A stretch of 64,000 bases of DNA, taken from Octopus vulgaris. Taxonomy: Eukaryota. Location: the NCBI GenBank assembly GCA_951406725.2, contig OX597836.1, positions 2,852,001-2,916,000 of the forward strand. Reading direction: 5' to 3'. Every line of letters begins with the position of its first letter. Position 1 is the first letter of the stretch. Made by a program: the position numbers and the translations under genes. Under the pieces are notes generated by a model. It was not told the origin of the DNA. It ran no database searches and saw only the letters and a program-made list of their open reading frames with translations. Of the stretch, positions 1-11,989 are shown piece after piece.

Positions 1-336
1 TGCACGATAGCACCTATATTGCTAGAAAGAAGAGGTAAGAATCCTTAGAGCCGCAGGAAAGCACATTTTCGCATACTGAGAGGGTAGATATCCCACCCAA
101 AGCAAAACTAATTCACTAGACAAGACGAGATTAACCTCATGAGTTCAAGCTCATCAATTGTGACAGGGTTTTAACTCTTACTTCCAGCAACATGGATGCT
201 ACCCGGCACACCTAAGTATCACTTCAGTTTGTCTTGTACTTGGATATAGCTACCCTCGTTATCTCATATATATATACTTGGAGAGAGAGATAAAGATTAT
301 GCATATGTACACAAACATCTCTTTCCCTCTCTTGTT

Positions 337-394
<58 letters not shown>

Positions 395-397
<3 letters not shown>

Positions 398-593
398 GTA
401 ATTGACCACTAGTTCCAAAAGTTGTTTTTTTCTTTCTCTCTCTGTCTCTGTTTATTTTCTCTTGTTCCCTCCTGTTGAAGAGCGTAGGCTGGAAACGTAA
501 ACGACTTTCTCACTTTCCCAAGCGTCAAACTTACACACCTGCTTGTTGTTCATACATCTGTCTTCGTCTTTTATTTTTCTGTAAATTTCAACT
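395..593 (+). mobile_element. Short hammerhead-bearing repeat, family H2 (putative PLE pLTR remnant)
   Basis: Shares GAAGAGCGTAGGCTnGAAACGTA...tgtcttcgtctttt...tcaac with copies at 28.5, 41.7, 46.7, 46.9 and 63.8 kb. The 3' end abuts (CA)n/(TA)n. Confidence 0.7.
468..503 (+). ncRNA. Minimal hammerhead-like motif, H2 variant (degenerate)
   Basis: cctc CTGTTGA A GAGC gtag GCTG GAAAC GTA aacg. Stem I and the closing pair of stem II are mutated. Confidence 0.5.
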
Positions 594-608
594 ATACACA
601 CACACACA

Positions 609-656
<48 letters not shown>

Positions 657-1091
657 CACACATTTATACATACACTCCTGACTGCATGCGCACGCAGACA
701 TATTCAAGCACATTAAGACATACACAGTGTATTTAAAGTTTGAGAAATCCTTGGTTCTACGTCACCACGTTAAGACTACACAAACAATAAGCACAACTTT
801 GTAAGAGCTACGTGTGAAAAATGTTCCGTGGTTGCATATATATCATTAATAATCTGGTGAATCGTAATCTACGGCGTGTTACGTTTCCTCTTCTATCATT
901 GAGATAAAATATACGAAATGAAAAAAAAAAGAAGAGAAAGAAAACAGTAAGAAGATTAGTAAGAATTTATTGAAAGCTTTAGGGATTAACTCTGTAGGTT
1001 GGCTAGATTGAATTCCTCGGCTTTAGATTGTCGTCGTGTTTATTTATATGTGTGTTCACATGTGCCTGTTAGTGTGTCTGCTATATCTATG

Positions 1092-1127
<36 letters not shown>

Positions 1128-1315
1128 AGTATACATACATAGGTATAGATGTATATACTTATGAACATGTATATTGATAAATGTTCGTGTTTGTGCGTGA
1201 GTAAATGAAGATTCATATATGCATATATGCATTTATGCATATAATTCCCTATATATATGTATATATAAATGTATATATATGTATATATGTATATATATAC
1301 ACATATATACATACA

Positions 1316-1366
<51 letters not shown>

Positions 1367-3051
1367 GTATGTTTGGTTAGATAAATATCGATATATATTA
1401 AGTATACATGCATATATGTATTGATTTGTTTGCTTATAATATATAAATGAATATGGGTATATAGAATTGTATATACATGGTATCTATCGACATATGCATG
1501 GATATACATATACACACACATATAAACGGTCATAGATTTTTAGGAACATAAACTCACATGCTGAAGGTGCTGCTGTATTAATTATAATTTCTCATAATTA
1601 ATTACATTCTATTTTTTTGTGTCTCCTTCAAAAGAGTTAGATCAAAGTCAAACTAAGTAAGAAAATGGACTCAGTTCCTGCTCATAGTCTTAGAATATTG
1701 CAACGGCAGAGTAAGATTGCTTGCATGGAATAATTTCATTTCTTGCCGAATGAAAATCTTTCATTGTCACGAAGATTTTATAGATTGCCATGTGTATACA
1801 ATAGACAATGTTCCAGATGTCTGATATACACTGAAGAGATTGGTTTTTACATCAACCCAGCTAAGAATGGTTTACGAGGGAAGTGAATTACTTTCCAGAG
1901 TTCTTAGTATGGAATTAACGAGTTATTATCTACCGACCATTATCATAGGCACTCGAATCCGTTCACAATATTTGATTCTAATCAACGCCGATCTTACTTT
2001 GTTCAGCATGGGCGATGACTATTCCTGGATTATAGTTTTCTTTCTCTTGAATAACTAAATCCCAAATAAAGAAGAGGTACGACACATGAAGATTAATGTG
2101 TCCACAAAAAAAAAGTAGCATTGTTTCCTCTCACCCGTATATAGATTTGGAGAAAAATATTTTTTTCAGTATACTTGTACCTTGAACAGTATAGACTTCT
2201 CTGATGTATTTCATCAGTGGATTCTTGGCTATTATTTCTAGCTCAGTGGGAGACTGTGACTGGTGACAAAGAAGGTTACGAATAAGTGATATTCCTCTTT
2301 TTTTTTTACTCTGAATTTTCTCCCAGCTTCTTTGCTTCCGCATTCTCCCGAATTACGTCATTAAAATCTTCAGAGAAGGTGATTGAACTTACTGGATAAT
2401 CAATTAATTAGTGCAAAGGGAGCCTGTAGAAACATTATGAATCCCACGTTCGTTAGATCAATCATTTCATTTTTATTCCATTTCATCAATAATTACACAC
2501 TTGCTTGACAATTGTCAGAATTTATCTTTAACCGTTTAAGGATGCGTTTCACCAAAATCTCAGATGCTGTGTATTAATAGTGTCAATTGTCATGGAGTTA
2601 AAGCTGCATACGATTCTGTTTTTATGGAATTAAATATATTGCAATCAAAGAATACAAATATAAAATGAAAAAATATGCATAAAATTAAAACAAATTAAAT
2701 ATATTTGAATGAATTTAAAATTTGAAATGAAGTCTCTCAAACCTCATTATTTAACGCTCTCTTCTTCAAATAGTTTAAAATAACTGTTCTCATTCAATAT
2801 CAATCTATACCTGCGTATCATCTGGCCAGATGCAGATATGCAGAAACAGTTCGAGTGAAGTTACAAAGTTCTTGGATGACTCATGTTTCGTGAAGCTCAG
2901 CTTTAACTCTGTATTGATTTCTAATCGGAAGCTATAAATTGATTTAGTTTTCGGATAGGGTTAGAAGAAGATATTTAGTACATCATACATACATATACAA
3001 TATATACATATATATTGTCACAAAAACATAATTCACATTCGGATGAACGTA

Positions 3052-3134
<83 letters not shown>

Positions 3135-3250
3135 ATATATATATATATATGTTTTATATATATATGTATGTATCTATCTATCTAATTATATATATAACTG
3201 TCTGTCTATCTTTCTATGTGTCTGTCTATCTTACTATCTAGCTATCTGTC

Positions 3251-3301
<51 letters not shown>

Positions 3302-3365
3302 CAGCTATACTAAACTGGCTTTTATGCCCATTTCCTTCATCCACCCATCTATTATTATTATTATT

Positions 3366-3403
<38 letters not shown>

Positions 3404-4099
3404 ATATACAGATAGATAGAGAGATACCTATGCAGTAATATCTATATTATTTATACCGCGCTATGTATATATATATATGTGTTTGTGTGTGTGTATGTGA
3501 GTGTGTGAGAGAGTGTGTGTGTGCGTGTGCGTGGGTGTACACAAATAAATTCATTTCATAAATATAAACATAAACGTAACGTACATACAACGATTTGTAT
3601 ACATACTTTTTTAGAGGATCATGTGTAGTAATTTATTGAATCGCGCTTATGTACTTGTTTGTATATCTAACCAGGTTGATGTGAGTCTCCACATTGTATG
3701 ATATAATTTATACACGATATCATAATATCACTTCCGGCTTTCTTTACAGCATGAAACAGGAAGTCTCTAGCATACAGTTCCAACACAATGTTAATTACGT
3801 GAGTATTTCTATGAAATCCATTCACACATGTTATTCAATAGTGTTCGAATAATTTGCGCTGTGACTTTCCCATTGAATTTAACTGCGGCTACATAGAATA
3901 TTGTGTGAGGCAAAGAGAGAGAGAGAGAGGAAAAGGAAGGAAGAAAGAAAGAAAGAGAGACAGAGAAAGAGGCGGTGTGATAAACAGTCAGACAGACAGA
4001 CAGACAGACAGTGAGAGTTTGTTCTTGAAGATGCCAGTTGCATGGAAGTAAAGTTTGTAGATTCAAGGTGATTTAGTACCACGTTATAGAATGTATGTG

Positions 4100-4265
4100 C
4101 GGCGTTGGTGTGGCTGTGTGGTCAGAAGCTTGCTTCCCCACGACATGGTTACGGGTTCAGTCCCACTGCGTGGCATTTGGGGCAAGTTTCATCTACTATA
4201 GCTTCGGGTCGACCAAAGACTTTTGAGTGGATGTGGAAAACAAAAGAGAAAGAACCCCGTCGCAT
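4100..4265 (+). mobile_element. tRNA-derived CORE-type SINE (family B, octopus OR-like), 5' half
   Basis: A box tggctgtgtgg, B box ggttcagtccc and CORE-like ttggggcaagt. Matches the full copies at 8.7 and 29.9 kb. Confidence 0.8.
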
Positions 4266-4627
4266 ATGTGTGAGTGTGTGTGTGTGTGGGGGGTTAAATA
4301 CATATTTTCAGATAGAGAGAGTGACATTGAGATATTGATAAATATATCGATACATAGCTAGACGTAGACTGACATACAGATTGAAAGATAGCGAGAGAGA
4401 AAGCGGGGTGGAAAGTAAAAGAGAGAGAGAGAGATGGGGGGGAAGAGAGAGAGAGGTGGCAGAAAGAGAGAAAAAGAAAGATTAAAATGTAAATATGAAC
4501 AGAAGCATAGTTAGAGAAACGTCAGGTAGTTAGATCTCTAGCTTGATAGACAGACAACTCATATTGAGGCGGTAAACATATTGTTGGAACCCTGAATGAA
4601 GATGTATCACCTATCTCACCCCGCCCC

Positions 4628-4659
<32 letters not shown>

Positions 4660-4782
4660 TTCTTTAAACTCTGTTTATCGAAGAGCGGGTTTCGAAACGT
4701 GGAACACCCTTTCATTTTTCCTAAGATTTAATTTAAAATTTTACATCTACCTATTATTATCCCACTTAACTCTCTCTTTCGT
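4628..4782 (+). repeat. Left arm of a ~150-bp inverted repeat containing a decayed H2-like hammerhead (4673-4705)
   Basis: Reverse complement of 5416-5568, including the flanking (CT)n(TA)n. Contains gaagagcgggtttcgaaacgtggaac. Confidence 0.85.
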
Positions 4783-4795
4783 TTGGTCTACATTT

Positions 4796-4834
<39 letters not shown>

Positions 4835-4860
4835 GAAGCATGACTGTCAACACTACTACA

Positions 4861-4905
4861 TGAACCCGAAGATTGCAGAATTCAATGCATGAAAGTACTA
4901 GTTCA
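4861..4905 (+). ncRNA. Minimal hammerhead ribozyme motif, family H4 (U4C)
   Basis: TGAAC CCGAAGA tTGCA gaattcaa TGCAt GAAAG TA CTA GTTCA: 5-bp stem I, stem II, palindromic stem III AGTACT and a CUA site. Confidence 0.75.
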
Positions 4906-5079
4906 ATCAGAATGAATATTTAACATTCTACTATTTCATTTTATTTTATTCAATTATAATATATTATCTTATAATATATCATTATAAGATAAATAAAACG
5001 TGAAAATCAGACAAGGTTGGAATTCTTTTTATTAATATATTCTTCTATACACAATCACACACACCCATATATATATATA

Positions 5080-5114
<35 letters not shown>

Positions 5115-5122
5115 GGACTGAA

Positions 5123-5347
5123 GGCGGCGAGCTGGCAGAAACGTTAGAACGCCGGGCGAAATGCGTTGCCGTATTTCGTCTGCCATTACGTTCCGAGTTC
5201 AAATTCCGCCGAGGTCGACTTTGCCTTTCATCCTTCCGGGGTCGATAAATTAAGTACCAGTTACGCACTGGGGCGATGTAATCGACTTAATCCCTTTGTC
5301 TGTCCTTGTTTGACTCCTCTGTGTTTAGCCCCTTGTGGGTAGTAAAG

Positions 5348-5350
<3 letters not shown>
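5123..5350 (+). mobile_element. tRNA-derived SINE family A (Meta/MESC-like central domain), full length
   Basis: ggcggcgagctggcagaa head, gagttcaaattcc B box, gcctttcatccttccggggtcgataaattaagtacc central domain; ends in (TA)n. Near-identical to 23295 and 32483. Confidence 0.88.
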
Positions 5351-5406
<56 letters not shown>

Positions 5407-5415
5407 CATATATAT

Positions 5416-5568
5416 ACGAAAGACAGAGTTAAGTGGGATAATAATAGGTAGATGTAAAATTTTAAATTAAAGCTCAGGAAAAAAAGAAAGGGCGTTCCAC
5501 GTATCGAAACCCGCTCTTCGATAAACAGAGTTTAAAGAAATATATATATATATATAGAGAGAGAGAGA
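5416..5568 (-). repeat. Right arm of the ~150-bp inverted repeat (decayed hammerhead 5494-5526)
   Basis: Reverse complement of 4628-4782 with a few substitutions and indels. Confidence 0.85.
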
Positions 5569-5932
5569 AAGAGAGATAGATAGATAGATAGATAGATGCA
5601 TAGATAGACAGATAGATAGATACATTTGAGACAGACTTAAGGTTTGGCTGCAGCACCTTGCAAGAGAATAAGTTCTCAGCTTTTGGTTTAGAATAGAGAA
5701 CCGCAGGTTTTGCATGTCCAACAAGATTCCAACTCAGGAAATAGTATCAGACTCTATGGAACGTATAAGAAAAGAACTGTGGACACGTTTAACTGAAAAA
5801 TTAAAAACGTATAACATCTGACAAAAGAATAATATGTACAGAACGAATACACAGAAAAAGAAATGTTGGAACTCATATAAAAGCCTTGCAACCATACACA
5901 AATACACATGTGCACGCATATATACATATATG

Positions 5933-6048
<116 letters not shown>

Positions 6049-6051
6049 TAT

Positions 6052-6092
<41 letters not shown>

Positions 6093-6093
6093 T

Positions 6094-6456
6094 AATAATA
6101 AATATTAGGGAATAAATCCAAATTTACAGGGAAAAAATCATTTTTAGGATTAAATCCAATTTTATAGTAAAATATTATAAAATATTATTAGAGACAAAAC
6201 CACTATTTTGCAAAACAAACAAAGAAAGACTTAATCAATACATAAAATTTTAATAAATAGTCAAAAAACCGCCACTACAATTGTTTCTTGTCTTGATCGA
6301 CAATCTTCAGGTGGACTTCCAATAAGTCAGTTTCAAATTATGTCGATCAAGACAAGAAACAATTGTAGTGGCTTTTTTGACTATTTATTAAAATTTTATG
6401 TATTGATTAAGTCTTTCTTTGTTTGTTTTGCAAAATAGTGGTTTTGTCTCTAATAA

Positions 6457-6459
<3 letters not shown>
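6094..6459 (-). mobile_element. Fold-back (palindromic) hammerhead element, family H1; putative PLE pLTR plus inverted pLTR
   Basis: Arms ~6185-6303 and 6341-6456 are reverse complements. The left arm has ~90 extra bp. Flanked by (TA)n on both sides; homologous to 58927-59376. Confidence 0.85.
6272..6314 (-). ncRNA. Minimal type-I hammerhead ribozyme, family H1
   Basis: Minus strand reads CCAC CTGAAGA TTGTC gatcaa GACAA GAAAC aatt GTA GTGG: perfect core, stems I and II, palindromic stem III ACAATTGT, GUA site. Confidence 0.9.
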
Positions 6460-6520
<61 letters not shown>

Positions 6521-6593
6521 TGTATATACATCATGTATTATATATATAAGCAAATGTACATGTCAACATACATGTGTAGATATTGTTGAATAA

Positions 6594-6633
<40 letters not shown>

Positions 6634-7070
6634 ATACGAATTACTGAATGTGGGCGTGTGTGTATGTCATTTCATTCATGGCGTAGGGAAAAGATGTCTG
6701 CAAATTTCCTCAAGTAATCCAAACTGAAGGAATAGAGATAAATATATAAGTTTATTTGCAGTTTGCTGATAAGTATTCAACTACGATTATAAGTAAAAGA
6801 AGAGAATTATTAATAATATACGCATACATACATACAAAAATACGACCATACGTAAGATCATATGGATTTGTGTACACATAGCTTTGTAGTTTGCTGAAAT
6901 GTGTTTATGTACATATATATATATGTGTGTGTGTGTGTGTAAATATATACATATATATACATATATATAACTATATATATATACATACATATATGTATAT
7001 GTATACATACACACACACATATATATACATATGTATGTATTAGTATATATGTATGCATGTATATGCATCA

Positions 7071-7103
<33 letters not shown>

Positions 7104-8040
7104 CAGACACCGTATATGTAAGTGTATGTGCGTTTATGTTTCCCAACATTTCCTGGAAGCCCAATAGACCACGTTAGACTTGTGGTCTGCTCTAGAAATC
7201 TGATTGATATGTCGGCAAAATCTTTAAAAATTCAGTTCTTATAGAAATAAATTCTCGGGGATAAAAGCTCTGATCCCTTGATGACGCATTTCTCTAAGAA
7301 ATAGCCGATCGATAAACATCAACGTTGAATTAAATCATTGAAAATTACTCCTGACATGTTGCCTTGATAAGCAAATAGAAATGAACAGAAATCAATTGAA
7401 GATATATTGCCGCAACTTGTATGAATTCCTAGTAGGGTATTTACACAAAAGTCATGTTTAATATATAAAAATATATTGAAGTTGGTTTTAGTATGAAAGA
7501 AAACACGAACTTTATAACATCTGGAATGTTACAAATGCATATAAATGCAGATACTGACAAATAGTGACAGCTTAAATATTATAAACATGTAAACGGCTAT
7601 GTGTACACGAGAATTAGATTGTTCATGCTTTTATATACGAATATTTTTCCCTAGCAATATATGTCCGTGTCCAGGGAAAATTTAAATAATATATTTATAT
7701 TTCTTTTAGCGCCCTATGTGTTTTATATAATTTTCTCTACGTTATATTCTTTAATTTCCTTCCATCTCTCTAGTGTTATATAATATAGATAGATACATAA
7801 ATAGATAGATCGATAATTGTATGGAGGAATACACAGACGTATATAAATCCATATGTCTACATGCATATTCATCTTACACATACGTGTGTTTGTGTGTGTG
7901 TGTGTGTGTTATTGCATGAAATCTTTGGAGAATTTTTTTTAGAGAAAATCGGTGGGTTATATTGAAGCGGTAATGCATGCATTTCAATTAGTATACTCAC
8001 GAGCAGATATGATTTTAAGCATTTCGATTCCTAAATGTCT

Positions 8041-8215
8041 GCGAGCTGGTAGAATCGTTAGCATGCCGAACGAAGATGTCTACTAGCATTCCGTCCGTCT
8101 TCACATTCTGGGTTCAAATTCCGCCAAGGCCAAATATGCTCTCATATATATCGAGAGTCGATAAAATAAGTACCATTTTAATACTGGGTCCGATATCATC
8201 GGTTCTCTTCCTCCC
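8041..8215 (+). mobile_element. SINE family A, degraded
   Basis: gcgagctggtagaatcgttagc, gggttcaaattccgcc, gtcgataaaataagtacc. Confidence 0.75.
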
Positions 8216-8317
8216 CAGGTCACTTGTCTGAGACAAGTTGTTGTTAATAAGAATATAAGTTTTCAGTCACGCTGGACATGTGCCAATATTTGAATTCAAA
8301 ATTACAATTCATACAAA

Positions 8318-8540
8318 GGCGGTCATTTGTCTGAATCGTTGTCGAGCTCGAGGGACAAAATGTCCAACCACATTTCGTTCGCCTTCATGCTCTGAGCTCA
8401 AATGTTACCAGGGTCGACTTAGCCTTTCATCATTTCAGGATTGATACAATAAAATACCAGTTGATGCCTTTCTGGTTGATGTAATCGATTTACCGCGCGA
8501 CCCACAATTGCCCTGTCCCCTTCATGTCAATATATGAAAC
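8318..8540 (+). mobile_element. SINE family A, degraded
   Basis: gggtcgacttagcctttcatcatttcagga...gatgtaatcgatt. Confidence 0.7.
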
Positions 8541-8732
8541 CCTTCTCACAATTCAGACATGTGATGCAGTCGATTCATAGATAAACACAACAGGGCAGTA
8601 AATCAGGATTTAAAGACTCATCGCCCACTCTATGTTTAAGAGTCAGCGTAATCTTGCATCGAACAGTTTCTCGCAACTGATGACAGAATTATGTTTGGGA
8701 ATTGTAAACCCACTTATCCTCCATATACATAT

Positions 8733-9148
8733 ACTCTTTTACTCTTTTACTTGTTTCAGTCATTTGACTGCGGCCATGCTGGAGCACCGCCTTTAATCGA
8801 GCAACTCGACCCCGGAGCTTATTCTTTTGTAAGCCCAGTACTTATTCTATCGGTCTCTTTTGCCAAACCGCTAAGTGACGGGGACATAAATACACCATCA
8901 TCGGTTATCAAGCAATGCTAGGGGACAAACACAGACACACAAACACACACACGCATATATATATATATATATATATACATATATACGACGGACTTCTTTC
9001 AGTTTCCGTCTACCAAATCCACTCACAAGGCTTTGGTTGGCCCGAGGCTATAGTAGAAGACACTTGCCCAAGGTGCCACGCAGTGGGACTGAAACAGGAA
9101 CCATGCGGTTGGTAGACAAGCTACTAACCACACAGCCACTCCTGTACC
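8733..9148 (-). mobile_element. SINE family B (CORE-type), full length
   Basis: Minus-strand tRNA head, ccttgggcaagtgtc core, internal (TA)/(TG) tract, tail ctccagcatggccgcagtcaaatgactgaaacaagtaaaagagtaaaagag. Confidence 0.9.
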
Positions 9149-9826
9149 TGGGCAAAATATATGTCGAGATATGCTTCTAATTTTCCCAATTTCATTTTCT
9201 TTTATTTTATTTCATTCTTTTTCAAGTCTTCCAGGATCTGATTCCTGTTTCTAATTTCTTCCTCTTTCACAAACCTAAAAACAACCATATGTTATTACCT
9301 TGAGCGTATTTTCATTGCTTTGTATTAAGTCGTTCGTATTCGCTTTTAGAAACGAACCTGTCTCTGCAACTGTCATTTATTCCTACATCTTCCATTTAGT
9401 AAATCTCTCCAAACCTCAAGAGAGAACATGAAATTAATCGTACATAATTTTTCCAGAAATATTTAAAACTTTCGGACCAAAGAGAAGACTTGTTGGTCCG
9501 GTCGTTTGTTTGCCTATCTTCGCTGTTACATTTGAAATGTTGAATGGATCTGTCTACAAATTTATCTGTTTGATACAACTGCTAATTCCGTTTACTATTT
9601 TTCTGTTTCATTTTATATTTGTTTTGTTAAAATAAGAATTTTTTGCAGTTTTATTTAAAGCTTTTTAAATTATTTCCTCGTTTTTTTTTTTTTACTTCTT
9701 TGGAGTGCACCTGCTGCCAAAGCATTTGTATCACGTTAAGATTCTCATTCATCAATTAAACGAGCTTCCTTACAACAAGAAAAATCACCACTGATGCTGC
9801 TATTGTTGCTGCTGTTGCTATTAATA

Positions 9827-10010
9827 TTGGTTTCAGATATTGCCACAAGGACAATCTCGGAGGAAGGGGGGGGGGGGACAAGTCGATTACATCAACACCA
9901 ATGGTTAGCTGGTACTTATTCTATCGACTTCGAAAGGATGAAAGGCAAAACTGACCTCGTCGTAATATCAACGAATTGCCGCTAAGCTTTTTGCTCGGCG
10001 CCGTACCGAT
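9827..10010 (-). mobile_element. SINE family A, degraded
   Basis: ctggtacttattctatcgacttcgaaaggatgaaaggcaaa is the reverse complement of the central domain. Confidence 0.75.
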
Positions 10011-10399
10011 TCAGTGGGGGTAATCCTCCCTAATTAAATAAACCATACCTTTATTTCTTACAGTTCGTCAAAGGATGTTGGCATCATACACGAGAAAACG
10101 ATGAGCGCTTACAATCGAGTAAGAGGAAGCAAGTATAAATTTGAATATTGAAAAAGAAAGGGAGGAGGAAACTATCAATAGGAATCAGCCCTGTAAGATG
10201 AAAGAAGGGACACCTAATATTTGAGTACCGTTGCGGTAATGGTCAGGTGCCTTGTGTCATTATTGGGCACTAGCCTATGGTTGCAAGCTAGGACCTCATC
10301 CATCGGTCATGCTCTTCGCTCCACTCACCTCCACATTTCAGCAAATTTAATAAAAGACGCCAATTTCCTTCTTTTCAGACTTAGCATTCTTCCTTTGCT

Positions 10400-10700
10400 C
10401 CATCGCCTCTCCTCTTTTATTTCGCTTTTTACTCTCACATTTCCAACCAAGTGGAACTTGGAGAAGTTCTGGAGAGATTGAAGGAAGGAATATGTCTATC
10501 ATTAGGCCTTTTTCCGGACGGTCAGGTATAAAACCTCATCCACAATACAAAAGATTTGTCGCATGACACCACTGATCAGAAATGTCAGGACTTTGAACGA
10601 TGAAAAGCAAACTAAATTCATTGTTATGTGGTGTCCATCCGTGAGAGGCCCGAGTAGTGGCACCTCGGTGCCAGTGGAATTTATCACGAGCCTCAATGAC
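10400..10700 (-). pseudogene. Decayed L1/Tx1-like LINE ORF2 C-terminal fragment
   Basis: Frameshifted minus-strand peptides ARDKFHWHRGATTRAS...VQSPDISDQW and QSLQNFSKFHLVGNVRV resemble, from recall, the zinc-knuckle (zf-RVT) and C-terminal region of Tx1-type ORF2. The cysteines are lost. Confidence 0.45.
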
Positions 10701-11124
10701 AATAATAAAATCAATGGCGATACAGATTAGTAAATAACTCGAACTGAAAGGCGATAGGCACAATAGATAACTATCTTAGGACGAAATCAGAAAATATAAT
10801 AAAGAATTAGGAACAGCAATTAAAGAAAATTATATCTGAAATGCGGGATAATAATAACACAAAATATAAGCAAGTAAATTAAATATTCAAAGAGAATTAT
10901 CCATGTAATATTTTTTTTCTAGTTGAAAAGAGATAGAAAGGTTTATCAAAAAGAGTGATTGGGCGAGGTGGGTTGGGTGTGGAAGGGGCTTCTAACTGAT
11001 AAACTGAAAGAAGTTGATGAGGCTGCAACAGAATAATTGGTTCAATTTGACAAATATTCATTAAAATCGATATGCACATTAGTTTAAAATATAAAATAGG
11101 GTAATGCATACATGTGTACATATT

Positions 11125-11173
<49 letters not shown>

Positions 11174-11338
11174 ATGTGTGTGAGAGAGAGAGAGAGAGAG
11201 TATGTATGTGTATATGTGTGTGTGTATGTGTGTGTGTGACTACACCAGAAAATTCTTCCCTCATTCAAGTATTTCACACTCGTAAAGTGGAAAATTGACA
11301 TATCATCGGTATACATACACACACACTCACACACACAT

Positions 11339-11396
<58 letters not shown>

Positions 11397-11399
11397 ATG

Positions 11400-11432
<33 letters not shown>

Positions 11433-11523
11433 ATGAATATATGCATACATATGTATGTGTATTCGTGTATGTGTATACTTATATCTGTGTATGTTTGCAT
11501 GTGTGTATATATATACATATGCA

Positions 11524-11661
<138 letters not shown>

Positions 11662-11989
11662 CATACATACATACATACATACATACATACATACATACAT
11701 ACATACATACATACACACATACACGGCGTTTCTGCTATGAAAAATAATAGCAGATTTTGAACATAGAAATGCTTTCAAACAAACACGGTTTATTTTGTTC
11801 TGGAGGGCTTCGAAAACCGAAAATTCTCTTCATATGTGTTAACATTTCGTCTTTTATATTTGATTTCTTTTCGCTTTTCTGTTTCCTCTTTATTTATTTA
11901 TTTTTTTCATTTGTTTATTCACATGTTGCTTGTTGATAAACGGGAATGTTCGTTGGTGGCGAACAATCGTGATGGCTTCTTGCTCTTCT

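Noticed and set aside
5123-5210. tRNA gene-like A and B boxes here and in other SINE heads
   Set aside because: They continue into SINE bodies and do not form a complete cloverleaf.
8675-8705. CTGATGA followed by a weak stem
   Set aside because: No GAAA and no NUH site.
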